Shown here in pieces: positions 9,339 to 19,960 of a stretch of DNA of 32,000 nt. Source of the DNA: Dickeya dadantii NCPPB 898 (lineage in GTDB: Bacteria > Pseudomonadota > Gammaproteobacteria > Enterobacterales > Enterobacteriaceae); the NCBI RefSeq assembly GCF_000406145.1, contig NZ_CM001976.1, positions 3,997,472-4,029,471 of the forward strand. Direction: 5' to 3'. Under the pieces are notes generated by a model. It was not told the origin of the DNA. It ran no database searches and saw only the letters and a program-made list of their open reading frames with translations. A program made the translations under genes and the position numbers. Numbering within the stretch: the first letter of the stretch is position 1; every line of letters begins with the position of its first letter.

Positions 9339-10193
9339 TTATACCAGCGTACCGTAAATAGTCAGCAGCGCCACGACGACAACCAGCACCAGCGTTACCT
9401 TCTTCGCCAGCGACACCGCCGCCCTCGGGGTGGAAATCGGATCGCTATGCGTCTCTCGCTCCAGTGAAAATTGCGCCAGTTGCGTCAATACCCAGTATTG
9501 GGAAGAACGCACGTCCATCATGGCGGCAAACCAGGCCGGCAGCGCCTTCTCGCCATGCCCCAGCAGCGCATAGGCCGCGCCAGCCAGCCGCACCGGGATC
9601 CAGTCCAGCCAGTGCAGTAAAGTATCGACGCCGGAATTCGCCCGCTCCAGCGGCGTGTGATGACGGGCCAGGCAGCATTGCCGTGCGCGCAGCACCGAGT
9701 AACCGACCAGCGCCACCGGGCCGTAAGGGCCGGCAGCCACAAACCAGAACAATGGCGCCAGATAAAAACGGAAATTCAGCCACAGCAACGCGTTCTGCAA
9801 TTCTTTTAGCCGTTCACGTTCGCTGGCATCCAACGGCAGGCCGTGAATCAGCGCCAGCTCCTCGGCCATTTCCCGGCAGGCATCCGCCTCGCCACGCTGG
9901 GCGGCCTGAATATAGCGATGATAGTGCTGCCGCGTTTCCCCGGCGCCGATGCACAGCAGCCCAACCACAATCCATAATAACAACAGCGGCAAGCCGAATA
10001 GCCATCCGCTAAGCAGCCACTGCGCCGCCAGCACCGTCACCATTCCGGCGATAGCCAGCAGCAAAGTCTGTACCAGCGATGGTGCGGAAAGATGACGGAA
10101 CACCCGTTCCAGATGGTGATCCAGTTGCCAATGATCGCCACGTTTAAACAACCGCTCCCACCCCAGAACCAGCAATAGGCTAAACAACGTCAT
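9339..10193 (-). CDS. ampE: Inner-membrane protein AmpE (beta-lactamase regulatory or signalling protein)
   Basis: This 284-aa ORF has the same length and termini as E. coli AmpE (MTLF..LLVL..ERLFK.G.HWQLDH ... LLTIYG.LV). It lies 6 bp downstream of ampD on the same strand. Confidence 0.95.
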   Translation of the reverse strand: MTLFSLLLVLGWERLFKRGDHWQLDHHLERVFRHLSAPSLVQTLLLAIAGMVTVLAAQWLLSGWLFGLPLLLLWIVVGLLCIGAGETRQHYHRYIQAAQRGEADACREMAEELALIHGLPLDASERERLKELQNALLWLNFRFYLAPLFWFVAAGPYGPVALVGYSVLRARQCCLARHHTPLERANSGVDTLLHWLDWIPVRLAGAAYALLGHGEKALPAWFAAMMDVRSSQYWVLTQLAQFSLERETHSDPISTPRAAVSLAKKVTLVLVVVVALLTIYGTLV

Positions 10194-10199
10194 CAGTGG

Positions 10200-10760
10200 T
10201 TACTCCCCTTGTTCCGGCTGTGTCTGCCATAACCGTTGATACCGCGCCCAGTCGAACATGGGACCGGGGTCGGTCTTGCGTCCCGGCGCGATATCGCTAT
10301 GCCCGGTAATACGAGCTGGCGTAATGCCATAGGTCGCGCTCAGCAGCCGGGTCACTTCCGCCAGCCGCGCATACTGCTCTGTGGTAAACGGCAGCGTATC
10401 GGTGCCTTCCAGTTCAATGCCGATGGCGAAATCGTTACAGCGCTCTCGCCCGTCAAACTGTGACACTCCGGCATGCCAGGCCCGCTGATCGAACGCCACA
10501 TACTCTACGATTTCGCCGTCGCGGCGAATCAGGCAGTGCGCCGACACCCGCAGGTGGCATATTGAGGCAAAATAGGGATGCGCTCCCCCATCCAGCGTAC
10601 CGGTAAACAGTTGATCGATATAAGGCCCGCCGAATTCGCCCGGAGGCAGGCTGATGTTGTGAATCACCAGCAGAGAAGGCAACTCGCCTCCCGGGCGGTC
10701 ATCCTGATGCGGCGACAGAACGTGTCTGACGTCTGTCAGCCAGCCATGCTCCACTTTCAT
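10200..10760 (-). CDS. ampD: 1,6-anhydro-N-acetylmuramyl-L-alanine amidase
   Basis: Amidase_2 family signatures are present (LLVIHNISLPPGEFGGPYID, RVSAHCLIRRDGEIV.YV, RAWHAGVS, IGIELEG, TGHSDIAP.RKTDPGP.FDW). The start is set at MKVEHGWL (10760) by alignment to the E. coli N-terminus. The 9-codon upstream extension in the ORF track is probably not translated. Confidence 0.93.
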   Translation of the reverse strand: MKVEHGWLTDVRHVLSPHQDDRPGGELPSLLVIHNISLPPGEFGGPYIDQLFTGTLDGGAHPYFASICHLRVSAHCLIRRDGEIVEYVAFDQRAWHAGVSQFDGRERCNDFAIGIELEGTDTLPFTTEQYARLAEVTRLLSATYGITPARITGHSDIAPGRKTDPGPMFDWARYQRLWQTQPEQGE

Positions 10761-11201
10761 CAACGCTCCTTTTCTCTGACATGCCATTCAGCAAACGATC
10801 GTCGCCCACCCGACCTGTTTATATCATGCTCAATCCGGGCAAGGCGTTACACCGTCTAACCGACTGATCGCACTCATCATGCCGACCATCTTACCGCATC
10901 CATCATGTTCCTGACGTGTTAAAAAAAGCATTCCGACTTATCCGCCAGGACCACGCCTGGATACGCACACAAACCATGATGTTCTTCTCTTCTTCTGGTA
11001 TGCTGCGCCCCTTCTTTCCGACAGGCACCCGACGCGCGCGCCACCGCAGGCAAACGTTTTCGTCACTGCGCATCGCCGGAAAGTTTCTCAGCACTTATGT
11101 TTGTTATTACAGTTTTGTTATCACGCTCCGAATCGCTATCCGCTGGTCAGGCTGTACACGCCAGGCGGCTGACAACGGTTCTGGCAATACAGAGAATCGC
11201 C

Positions 11202-12065
11202 ATGAAAAAAATCCTTGCCGCCTGTGCAATCAGTACACTGTCGTACAGTTTACCTACCCTTGCCGACGGGAATTCCCCGCAATACCTCTCCGACTGGTGG
11301 CACCAGAGCATCAATGTGGTGGGCAGCTATCACACTCGTTTCGGACCTCAGTTAAACAATGATTTGTATCTGGAATATGAAGCTTTCGCCCATAAAGACT
11401 GGTTTGACTTCTATGGCTATGTCGACGTGCCGAAAGTCTTTGGCGCCGGCAACACGCCAGATCGCGGCATCTGGGACAAAGGCTCTCCGCTGTTCATGGA
11501 GATCGAACCGCGTTTTTCCATTGATAAACTGACCAATACCCAACTGGGCTTCGGGCCATTCAAAGAGTGGTACGTCGCCAACAACATCATCTACGATCAA
11601 GGCCAAAATAACGACTCGCGCCAGAGCACCTGGTACGTAGGTCTGGGAACCGATATCGATACCGGAACCGACCTGTCCCTGTCCGCCAATATCTATGCCA
11701 AGTATCAGGGGCAGAACTACGGCGCGCCGAATGAAGATCGGTGGGATGGCTACCGTTTCAAAATCAAATACTTTTACCCGATTACCTCATTGTGGGGCGG
11801 CAAGCTGACCTATATCGGCTTCACCAACTTCGACTTCGGCTCCGACCTGGCTAATAACGCCGGTCCGTCCCGCACCAGCAATGCGATTGCCTCCAGCCAT
11901 ATTCTGGCGTTGAATTATGATCACTGGCACTACTCGGTCGTCGCCCGTTACTTCCATAATGGCGGTCAGTGGGCCGATGGCACCGAGCTGGATTTCGGCC
12001 GTGGCCCGTTCAATGTCCGCTCCACTGGATGGGGCTATTACCTGGTGGCCGGTTACAACTTCTAA
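11202..12065 (+). CDS. tsx: Nucleoside-specific channel-forming outer-membrane protein Tsx
   Basis: The signal peptide is [21 protein letters not shown]|DG. The mature protein is nearly colinear with E. coli Tsx as I recall it ([88 protein letters not shown]). The start is taken at the internal ATG 11202, not the TTG at 11097. Confidence 0.93.
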   Translation: MKKILAACAISTLSYSLPTLADGNSPQYLSDWWHQSINVVGSYHTRFGPQLNNDLYLEYEAFAHKDWFDFYGYVDVPKVFGAGNTPDRGIWDKGSPLFMEIEPRFSIDKLTNTQLGFGPFKEWYVANNIIYDQGQNNDSRQSTWYVGLGTDIDTGTDLSLSANIYAKYQGQNYGAPNEDRWDGYRFKIKYFYPITSLWGGKLTYIGFTNFDFGSDLANNAGPSRTSNAIASSHILALNYDHWHYSVVARYFHNGGQWADGTELDFGRGPFNVRSTGWGYYLVAGYNF

Positions 12066-12164
12066 TCCTCCACCATTGCGTATCCCGGTCATAGCCGGGA
12101 TACCAAATAAACTCAAACAATACGTTGAATGATATAAATATTTAATGTAACCGCCGCCTACTAA

Positions 12165-13106
<942 letters not shown>

Positions 13107-13367
13107 CTCTTCGCGTTCCATCACGGTTCTACTCCATCAGCCCGGCGTCTCCGGGTTGGTGGTTATCCTGCTGCCTTCCTTGCCTTTTCGCTAACGTCTT
13201 TTTCGCTTTACCCCATCATTCTGCGAGCGAGCGCGCCTGTTTTCTGCAACCTCCAATCGTTGCACTCCTGGTTTTCGTAGCGGATTCCTGATTGAAAACC
13301 TGGCCGTCGCCAGCCACGCCTCTTGTCGTTATCCTGCCGCCACCAGCCACACCAGGGAACCAATAAC

Positions 13368-13811
13368 ATGACACAACAAGGATTTTCACTTATTGAACTG
13401 ATGGTGGTCATCGTCATCATCGCCATCCTGAGCGCGCTGGGGATCCCGGCGTATCAGGGCTATCTGCAAAAAGCCGCCATGACCGACATGCTGCAAACCA
13501 TGAGCGCCTATAAAACCGCTGTGGATCTCTGCAGCCTCAGTAACGCGGGGCTGGACGGGTGCAGCGCGGGCAGCCAGGGGATTCCAACGCCAACCACATC
13601 GCGTTATGTCAGTGCGATCACGGTCAATCAGGGCATCATTACCCTGACCGGCCAGTCGACACTGCAAGGGCTGAGCGTCGTCATGACGCCCTCGCTGGAT
13701 ACTCAGAACGGCGCTTCCCGCTGGACGAGGGCCTGCCAGACCGGCGCCAACGCAGATAACCTGCGTCAGGCATGTGAAGACGTCTTTCGTTTTGACGCTA
13801 CAGGTGGGTGA
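13368..13811 (+). CDS. ppdD: Type IV prepilin PpdD
   Basis: It has a class III leader and cleavage motif MTQQG|FSLIELMVVIVIIAILSALGIPAYQ and a C-terminal ACEDVFRFD as in E. coli PpdD. The start is set at ATG 13368 rather than TTG 13323. Confidence 0.93.
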   Translation: MTQQGFSLIELMVVIVIIAILSALGIPAYQGYLQKAAMTDMLQTMSAYKTAVDLCSLSNAGLDGCSAGSQGIPTPTTSRYVSAITVNQGIITLTGQSTLQGLSVVMTPSLDTQNGASRWTRACQTGANADNLRQACEDVFRFDATGG

Positions 13812-15268
13812 TGATCATGACTCACAACGCGTTACAACATGAGTTGCAATTACTTTGTCGACGCTATCACGCCCTGCTGCTGGATATGGATGAGCAGGTG
13901 GTTTCCATCGCCGTGGCCGGTCTGGTAGCAGAAGAGCTGGTTGCCGCGCTGCGTTTCGCCAGCCACCGACGAGTTCTGGTCGAGCAATGGCCCGCCGCGC
14001 GGCTGGAACAACAGCTTACCTCGCCGCAGGCCGAAGAAACCATCGTGCCTTATCAGACTACCGCACCAACATTAGACGAACCCGATGACGCGCCGGTGGT
14101 CCAGTTCATCAATCAGACGCTGAAACTGGCGATCCAGCGGCGCGCGTCTGACATCCATTTCGAGCCGTTGCCTGCCGGTTACCGTGTCAGATTGCGTATT
14201 GACGGGGTGTTGCATGAAATCCCGTCCGCACCGGATTCACTGGCCGGGCGACTGATTGCCCGGCTCAAAATCATGGGAAAACTCAATATCGCCGAGCGAC
14301 GTTTGCCGCAGGACGGTCAGTTCAGCCTGCGGCTGGATCAACATGCTTACTCGCTGCGCATCGCCACGTTGCCGGTTCAGGGCGGCGAGAAAGTGGTGCT
14401 AAGAGTCCTGCAGACACAACAGCAGGCTCTGGAACTGGATGCGCTGGGCCTGCCCGCCCACGCGTTGCAGCAATTCAAACGGACGCTGAGTTTGCCTCAA
14501 GGGTTGATTCTGGTTACCGGCCCCACCGGCAGCGGTAAGACGTTCACACTGTACAGCGCCATCCGCTGGCTAAATGACGTCAGCCGCAATATTTGCAGTG
14601 TGGAGGACCCCGTTGAGATTCCGCTGGCCGGCATCAATCAGACCGCAATTCATACCCAAAGTCAGCTGGATTTCGCTCGGGTACTGCGCGCCCTGCTGCG
14701 TCAGGATCCGGACGTGATTATGATTGGCGAAATCCGCGATGCCGAGACGGCAGAGATTGCCGTCAAAGCAGCGCAAACTGGCCATCTGGTGCTCTCTACC
14801 CTGCATACCAACTCCGCTGCCGACACGCTGGTCCGTCTGGGGCATTTGGGAATTCCCGGTTATCTGCTGGCCGCCGCCCTCAAGCTGGTGATCGCCCAGC
14901 GGCTGGTCAGACGATTATGCCCGCATTGCCGCCAGTTGAGCGAAGAGACGACAGCCTTGCCTGACAAGCTGTGGCAAGGCCCGTTACGGCAATGGCGGGC
15001 GACAGGGTGCGAACACTGTTTTTCCGGATATTACGGCCGGTCGGCGCTTTATGAACTGCTGCCAGTCACGCCAGCGCTTCAGCAGACGCTGTCTGGTTCC
15101 GCATTATCTGGTTCCGTATTGTCCGGCTCCGCATCATGGTCCGACAGCAACCAGCCACTATCCCTGCAACGGGAAACCGGGCTGCTATCCGCCGGGCTGT
15201 CATTGGTTCACGAAGGCATCACCTCGCTGGAGGAAGTCTATCGGGTGGTGGGTGAGAGCATTGAATAA
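13808..15268 (+). CDS. hofB: Type IV pilus assembly ATPase (PilB/GspE family)
   Basis: It has the Walker A motif GPTGSGKT, the Asp/His boxes (EDPVE, LRQDPDVIMIGEIRD, TGHLVLSTLHTN) and a tetracysteine motif CPHC...GCEHC. GTG 13808 overlaps the ppdD stop (GTGA). ATG 13811 or 13817 are equally possible starts. Confidence 0.93.
   Translation: MMIMTHNALQHELQLLCRRYHALLLDMDEQVVSIAVAGLVAEELVAALRFASHRRVLVEQWPAARLEQQLTSPQAEETIVPYQTTAPTLDEPDDAPVVQFINQTLKLAIQRRASDIHFEPLPAGYRVRLRIDGVLHEIPSAPDSLAGRLIARLKIMGKLNIAERRLPQDGQFSLRLDQHAYSLRIATLPVQGGEKVVLRVLQTQQQALELDALGLPAHALQQFKRTLSLPQGLILVTGPTGSGKTFTLYSAIRWLNDVSRNICSVEDPVEIPLAGINQTAIHTQSQLDFARVLRALLRQDPDVIMIGEIRDAETAEIAVKAAQTGHLVLSTLHTNSAADTLVRLGHLGIPGYLLAAALKLVIAQRLVRRLCPHCRQLSEETTALPDKLWQGPLRQWRATGCEHCFSGYYGRSALYELLPVTPALQQTLSGSALSGSVLSGSASWSDSNQPLSLQRETGLLSAGLSLVHEGITSLEEVYRVVGESIE
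15089..15133 (+). repeat. In-frame imperfect 15-bp tandem repeat x3 within hofB (LSGSA/LSGSV/LSGSA)
   Basis: The units are CTGTCTGGTTCCGCA, TTATCTGGTTCCGTA and TTGTCCGGCTCCGCA, placed head to tail. They lie in a C-terminal segment that does not align with the E. coli HofB sequence as I recall it. Confidence 0.8.
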
Positions 15269-15274
15269 GGGCAA

Positions 15275-16483
15275 ATGATGGCCGTACAGAAACTCTATTA
15301 CTGGCAAGCGCTTCGCAGCGATGGCGAATTCTGCGCCGGTGAACGCATCGGGACTAGCCGGAATGAGATTTACCAGTATCTGCTGGAACTCGGCTACCAG
15401 CCTTTGCGCCTCAAAACCGGGCAATACCTGACGCCGCGTTACTGGCGAGGCCCTCAGCTCTCGGTCATCATCCGGCAACTGGCGACATTGCTGCAGGCCG
15501 GATTGCCGTTACTGGATGCGCTGGACCTGCTTGGCCGCCAGCACGAAAAAGCGGGCTGGCGCTGCCTGTTGCAGGAAATCCGCCAGCAGGTCGCACAGGG
15601 GCGCGCGTTATCGGAAGTATTGGCCGATTATCCCGCCGCCTTTCCGATGATGTGCAGTTCGCTGGTGTCTGTCGGCGAACTGACCGGGAAACTGGATGAC
15701 TGCTGCGCCCGACTGGCAAACTATCAGGAAAACCAGCGCCAGTTGACCGGGAAGGTGATCAAGGCCCTGCGCTATCCGGCCTTTGTAATTACAGTGGGGC
15801 TACTGGTCGCCCTGCTGATGTTAACGCTGGTATTACCGGAATTCGCCGGGTTGTACGCCTCATTTGATGCGCCGCTCCCCTGGCTGACCCGTATGATGCT
15901 GAGATTATCGGATGCGCTGAGTCGTCACGGTGTGCTGCTCGTCACCCTTCCCGTGGTGATATTACTGGGCTACCGGCAAATACGCCGGCAAAAAGTGGAA
16001 TGGCAAAAACGGGAGCAACGGCTACTGCTGAAGCTACCGCTGCTATCTACTCTGGTACGAGGCCATTGCCTGAGCCAAATCTTTCATACTCTGGCGATGA
16101 CGCAGCAGGCGGGATTGACGCTGCCTTCCGGTCTGAGCGCCGCCGCAACGCTGAATAACCCGGTTTATCGGCAATCGCTCGCTGAGATCAAAAGCCGGCT
16201 TGAACAGGGCATTCCGCTCGGACAAGCTATCCATGATGATCCGTTGCTCTATCCTGCCCCTTGCCATCAACTCGTGAGTGTCGGGGAAGAAACCGGCGCG
16301 CTGGATCAGTTGTTTGCCCGGCTGGCAGGCTGGTATGAGAATCATACCCGGCAATTTGCGGACACACTGACGCAAACGCTGGAACCGCTGTTACTGGTTA
16401 TTGTCGGCGGGCTGGTGGGAACACTGGTCATCGCCATGTATCTGCCGATTTTCCAGTTAGGGAATGTACTGGCAGGCGCCTGA
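15275..16483 (+). CDS. hofC: Type IV pilus inner-membrane platform protein (PilC/GspF family)
   Basis: This 402-aa ORF has two GspF-type repeats and blocks shared with E. coli HofC (VGE.TGKLD.CC..LA, LRYP, LPEFA..Y, EP.L..I.GG..GTLV.AMYLPIF.LG). It lies 6 bp after hofB. Confidence 0.93.
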   Translation: MMAVQKLYYWQALRSDGEFCAGERIGTSRNEIYQYLLELGYQPLRLKTGQYLTPRYWRGPQLSVIIRQLATLLQAGLPLLDALDLLGRQHEKAGWRCLLQEIRQQVAQGRALSEVLADYPAAFPMMCSSLVSVGELTGKLDDCCARLANYQENQRQLTGKVIKALRYPAFVITVGLLVALLMLTLVLPEFAGLYASFDAPLPWLTRMMLRLSDALSRHGVLLVTLPVVILLGYRQIRRQKVEWQKREQRLLLKLPLLSTLVRGHCLSQIFHTLAMTQQAGLTLPSGLSAAATLNNPVYRQSLAEIKSRLEQGIPLGQAIHDDPLLYPAPCHQLVSVGEETGALDQLFARLAGWYENHTRQFADTLTQTLEPLLLVIVGGLVGTLVIAMYLPIFQLGNVLAGA

Positions 16484-16593
16484 GCTCGCCAGTACATATC
16501 CACGTCACACCTCAAGTTCACGTCATACACTTCACGTTGCCGGCGCGTTGGCTGTCCTGCAACGCGAATAGGTGGGATATATCAGCAGGGGGG

Positions 16594-17634
16594 TCAGCCG
16601 TTAAACACCCGATTTTCCTGCTCGACGACCCGAATGAAGGTCGTGCGCTTGGTCAGCTCCTTCAGGCGTGACGCACCCACGTAAGTACAGGCAGAGCGCA
16701 ACCCGCCGAGAATATCGCGCACGGTATGTTCTACCGGACCGCGCAATGGCAGACGTACCGTCTTGCCTTCCGCCGCACGGTACTCAGCAACGCCGCCGAC
16801 ATGCCGTTCCATCGCGGAGGTGGAACTCATGCCGTAAAACAGCATCATTTTCCGGCCGTCCTCTTCAATGATATCGCCGCCGCACTCTTCGTGCGCCGCC
16901 AGCAAGCCACCCAGCATCACGAAATCGGCGCCGCCGCCAAAGGCTTTGGCCACATCGCCCGGCACGGTACAGCCGCCGTCGCTGACAATCTGCCCCCCCA
17001 GACCGTGTGCCGCATCGGCGCATTCGATCACCGCCGACAGTTGCGGATAACCAACGCCGGTTTTCACCCTCGTCGTGCAAACCGAGCCGGGTCCGATCCC
17101 CACCTTAATAATATCCGCCCCCGACAATAGCAGCTCTTCCACCATTTCTCCGGTCACCACGTTGCCGGCACAAATCACCTTATCAGGAAAGGCTTCACGC
17201 GCTTTCTGCACAAAGTTGACGAAATGCTCCGAATACCCGTTAGCCACATCAATACAGATAAACTTCAGCTCCGGCGATAACGCCAGAATCTGCCGCATGT
17301 TCTCGAAATCACCATCAGACGTGCCGCTTGATACCATCACATGACGCAATACGGCAGCGGGTGTACTGTCGACAAACTGTCGCCACTCGGCCACTGAATA
17401 GTGCTTGTGCACCGCAGTCAACAACTCAAACGACGCCAGTACCCGCGCCATCTGGAACGTGCCCACCGTGTCCATGTTGGCAGCAATAATGGGTACGCCA
17501 GACCAGCCGCAGCCAGCGTGTAGAAAGGTAAACTCACGCGTCAGTTCCACGTCTGCACGGCTTTTCAACGTAGAACGCTTGGGACGGATGAGTACATCTT
17601 TAAAACCCAGCTTGATATCTTCTTCAATACGCAT
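16594..17634 (-). CDS. guaC: GMP reductase
   Basis: From [26 protein letters not shown] onward the ORF is colinear with E. coli GuaC, including [37 protein letters not shown]. The start is set at the internal ATG 17634. The 19-codon extension in the ORF track is unsupported. Confidence 0.96.
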   Translation of the reverse strand: MRIEEDIKLGFKDVLIRPKRSTLKSRADVELTREFTFLHAGCGWSGVPIIAANMDTVGTFQMARVLASFELLTAVHKHYSVAEWRQFVDSTPAAVLRHVMVSSGTSDGDFENMRQILALSPELKFICIDVANGYSEHFVNFVQKAREAFPDKVICAGNVVTGEMVEELLLSGADIIKVGIGPGSVCTTRVKTGVGYPQLSAVIECADAAHGLGGQIVSDGGCTVPGDVAKAFGGGADFVMLGGLLAAHEECGGDIIEEDGRKMMLFYGMSSTSAMERHVGGVAEYRAAEGKTVRLPLRGPVEHTVRDILGGLRSACTYVGASRLKELTKRTTFIRVVEQENRVFNG

Positions 17635-17801
17635 GGTGAACAACCTGATGAAGTGAGAATGATGAGTCAGAGAAAGAACCGGTAATAGCACGTCGAACCA
17701 TAATGATCATACGCCCGAATAATCCGGCGGCAAGACTGCGATTTTCCCTCGATTTGGGCTAGAATCCGGTAAATTTACCCAGCCATTTCCAGTTGATTAC
17801 C

Positions 17802-18428
17802 ATGGCATACATCGTCGCGCTGACAGGCGGTATAGGCAGCGGAAAAAGTACGGTTGCTCAGGGCTTTGCAGCGCTAGGCGCCACCATCGTCGACGCGGAC
17901 GTGATCGCCCGTCAGGTGGTTGCTCCTGGGCAGCCCGCTCTGGCAGCGATTGTTGAGTATTTTGGTCGGGAGATATTACAGCCAGACGGCACGCTGAACC
18001 GAAACGCCCTGCGAGAACGCATTTTTTCCAACCCGGAGGACAAGCGTTGGCTCAACGCGCTGCTGCATCCGTTGATTCAACAGGAGACCCGGCGTCAGTT
18101 AGCGGCCGTTACCACCCCTTATGCGTTATGGGTGGTTCCCTTGTTGGTAGAGAATCGGCTGCAAGGGCAGGCGCAGCGCATTCTGGTGGTGGATGTCCCT
18201 CTGGAGACCCAATTGCAACGCACCATGGCACGGGATGGCGTTTCCCGCGCCCAGGCGCAAAACATTCTGGCGTCGCAGGCCAGCCGTGAACAGCGGTTGG
18301 CCTGCGCCGATGATATTATCGATAATAATAGCAATCCGAGCGTACTCGCTCCGCGGATTGCCACGCTGCATCAGCATTATCTGACGCTGGCCGCATCCGC
18401 AACCGACAGGACGACCCATAATGAGTGA
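17802..18428 (+). CDS. coaE: Dephospho-CoA kinase
   Basis: [19 protein letters not shown] carries the P-loop, and blocks [10 protein letters not shown] and [10 protein letters not shown] match E. coli CoaE. ATG 17802 is preferred to TTG 17793. The stop overlaps the zapD start. Confidence 0.95.
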   Translation: MAYIVALTGGIGSGKSTVAQGFAALGATIVDADVIARQVVAPGQPALAAIVEYFGREILQPDGTLNRNALRERIFSNPEDKRWLNALLHPLIQQETRRQLAAVTTPYALWVVPLLVENRLQGQAQRILVVDVPLETQLQRTMARDGVSRAQAQNILASQASREQRLACADDIIDNNSNPSVLAPRIATLHQHYLTLAASATDRTTHNE

Positions 18429-19170
18429 CGTTTCCTCAACAGTTCTTTTTGAATATCCGCTGAATGAAAAAATGCGTACCTGGCTACGCCTGGAGTTTTT
18501 GCTGCAACAGATGTACGACAATCATGCGTTGAAGGATATTGGCGTTGCCCTGACCTTCTTCCGCGCGGTGGCGGAATTGCTGGATATTCTCGAACGCGGG
18601 GACGCCCGCCCTGACCTGCTGAAAGAGCTGGAACGACAGCAACAGAAACTGGCGCAATGGGGCGAATTGCCGGAAGCAGACATTGAGCGCATAACCACAC
18701 TGCGTCAGAAGCTACGAAACCTGTCGGGTGAACTGATTACCGCTCCACGTATGGGGCAAGGATTACGCGAAGACAAGTTAATCGGCATGGTGCGGCAGCG
18801 TCTGAGCCTGCCGGGTGGATGCTGCAGTTTCGACTTGCCCACGCTGCATATCTGGTTGCACCAGTTGCCGGAGCAAAAACAGCGGCAAATCGGCATCTGG
18901 CTGGATAGCGTATCGCCACTGAAGCGGTCTCTCGACAGCATACTGGAGCTGATCCGCCATGCGGGCGCCTTCAGGGAACAAATCAGCCTCAACGGTTTCT
19001 ATCAGGATAATGCAACCGATACCGACCTGCTGCGTTTGCGAATTGCCCTTGAACACCAGATCTATCCACAAATATCTGGTCACAAGACTCGCTACGCCAT
19101 CCGTTTCCTGCCGCTGGATAGTGATGGACAAACGCCCGCGCGGCTGGCATTTGAACTGGCTTGTTGCTAA
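18421..19170 (+). CDS. zapD: Cell division protein ZapD (FtsZ-ring stabiliser)
   Basis: This 249-aa ORF has [20 protein letters not shown] near the N-terminus, [19 protein letters not shown] in the middle, and the C-terminal FELACC as in E. coli ZapD/YacF. Confidence 0.95.
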   Translation: MSDVSSTVLFEYPLNEKMRTWLRLEFLLQQMYDNHALKDIGVALTFFRAVAELLDILERGDARPDLLKELERQQQKLAQWGELPEADIERITTLRQKLRNLSGELITAPRMGQGLREDKLIGMVRQRLSLPGGCCSFDLPTLHIWLHQLPEQKQRQIGIWLDSVSPLKRSLDSILELIRHAGAFREQISLNGFYQDNATDTDLLRLRIALEHQIYPQISGHKTRYAIRFLPLDSDGQTPARLAFELACC

Positions 19171-19201
19171 GTGAGACCTGTTTTCTGGAGATGAACGTAC
19201 C

Positions 19202-19399
19202 GTGGATAACGAAATGACCGTTGTAAATTGCCCTACCTGCGCCAAACCGGTGGAATGGAGCGAAAATAGCCCTTATCGGCCGTTTTGCAGCAAACGTTGT
19301 CAGTTGATCGATTTAGGGGAATGGGCCGACGAGGAAAAACGCATTCCCAGCGAGGAAGATGTCTCCGACAGCGACGCCTGGAGCGAAACGCAGCACTAA
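19202..19399 (+). CDS. yacG: DNA gyrase inhibitor YacG (zinc ribbon)
   Basis: V.CPTC.K.V.W...[26 protein letters not shown] matches E. coli YacG. The start is either GTG 19202 (65 aa, same length as E. coli) or ATG 19214. Confidence 0.9.
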   Translation: MDNEMTVVNCPTCAKPVEWSENSPYRPFCSKRCQLIDLGEWADEEKRIPSEEDVSDSDAWSETQH

Positions 19400-19429
19400 T
19401 CCGGTATTCGCTTATCGCCATTTGCTATC

Positions 19430-19461
19430 GCGATTCATGCCGGCTTCAGGGCATGAATCGC
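19430..19461. other. 12-bp perfect hairpin in the convergent yacG/mutT spacer
   Basis: GCGATTCATGCC (19430..19441) is the exact reverse complement of GGCATGAATCGC (19450..19461), with an 8-nt loop. There is no flanking T or A run, so if it terminates transcription it is non-canonical. Confidence 0.5.
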
Positions 19462-19489
19462 CGGCAATACCGCAATCCTCGGCGGGGAT

Positions 19490-19888
19490 TCAGGCGATGC
19501 CCACTTTCAGGCGGCGAATCATCTCGGCGTTGGCGGGCGGAAATTCCTGCTCATCCAGTTCATCAGCGGTTAGCCAGCGCGAAGGTTGGCCTTCACGGCC
19601 ATACGGCTCGCCGCGCCATTGCTCCACCAGGAAGAAGTGCAGCGTAATCAGGCGTTCGCCCGCCGAAAACGTTTTGCTGTCCAACGGCGTTGGATTGATC
19701 ACCTCAATCCCCACTTCTTCGTGCAGTTCCCGCACCAGCGCCTGTTCCGGCGTTTCACCTTCTTCGACTTTGCCGCCGGGAAACTCCCATTTACCGGCCA
19801 TATGCACCCCGGCCGGGCGGCAGGCAATGAAGAACTCTCGCTGCGGATTCCGGATAATCCCCACCGCCACAGATAAAGTTTTTTGCAT
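19490..19888 (-). CDS. mutT: 8-oxo-dGTP diphosphatase (Nudix)
   Basis: The Nudix box is GKWEFPGGKVEEGETPEQALVRELHEEVGI, and the ORF is colinear with E. coli MutT from MQKTLSVAVGIIRN. The start at 19888 is chosen from AAAGGA Shine-Dalgarno spacing. The longer ORF would run through the upstream terminator hairpin. Confidence 0.92.
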   Translation of the reverse strand: MQKTLSVAVGIIRNPQREFFIACRPAGVHMAGKWEFPGGKVEEGETPEQALVRELHEEVGIEVINPTPLDSKTFSAGERLITLHFFLVEQWRGEPYGREGQPSRWLTADELDEQEFPPANAEMIRRLKVGIA

Positions 19889-19908
19889 CATTATCCTTTC
19901 AACCAGTG

Positions 19909-19933
19909 AAAAGGCGGTCAATGACCGCCTTTT
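19909..19933 (-). terminator. Terminator or attenuator hairpin between secA and mutT
   Basis: AAAAGGCGGTCAATGACCGCCTTTT has a GGCGGTC/GACCGCC stem extended by A:T pairs. On the minus strand the stem is followed by TTTTCAC. It lies 27 nt after the secA stop and 20 nt before the mutT start, so it probably acts as a partial terminator. Confidence 0.6.
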
Positions 19934-19960
19934 ATTTGATATATCTTTACGTTATCGGCC

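Noticed and set aside
9445-10012. A cluster of overlapping 60-180-aa ORFs in several frames lies within ampE.
   Set aside because: These are GC-rich alternative frames of a clearly conserved membrane-protein gene. Their translations are Arg/Pro/Ala-rich with no motifs.
10903-11362. ORFs of 63 aa (minus strand) and 148 aa (plus strand) lie in the ampD-tsx spacer. They might be a novel small gene or a remnant.
   Set aside because: They overlap each other on opposite strands, lack Shine-Dalgarno sequences, and have Arg/Cys/Ser-rich compositions atypical of real proteins. The plus-strand ORF runs out of frame into tsx. They are better explained as noncoding tsx/ampD promoter DNA.
12080-12103. 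A 9-bp hairpin, GTATCCCGG-N6-CCGGGATAC, lies just after the tsx stop and might be the tsx terminator.
   Set aside because: No T run follows on the plus strand (CAAATAAACTC), and none follows on the minus strand. It may still be a 3' stabiliser or a REP-like element, but it cannot be supported as an intrinsic terminator from sequence alone.
13107-13367. I searched the ppdD upstream spacer for a CRP-S/Sxy-type site (TGCGA-N6-TCGCA). Candidates were TGCGAGCGAGCGCGCC near 13221 and the inverted repeat TGCAAC-N8-GTTGCA near 13246..13265.
   Set aside because: The first matches only 3 of 5 positions in the right half-site. The second has the wrong spacing for CRP, with half-sites 10 nt apart instead of 6. 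Neither is good enough to call without a matrix scan and comparative data.
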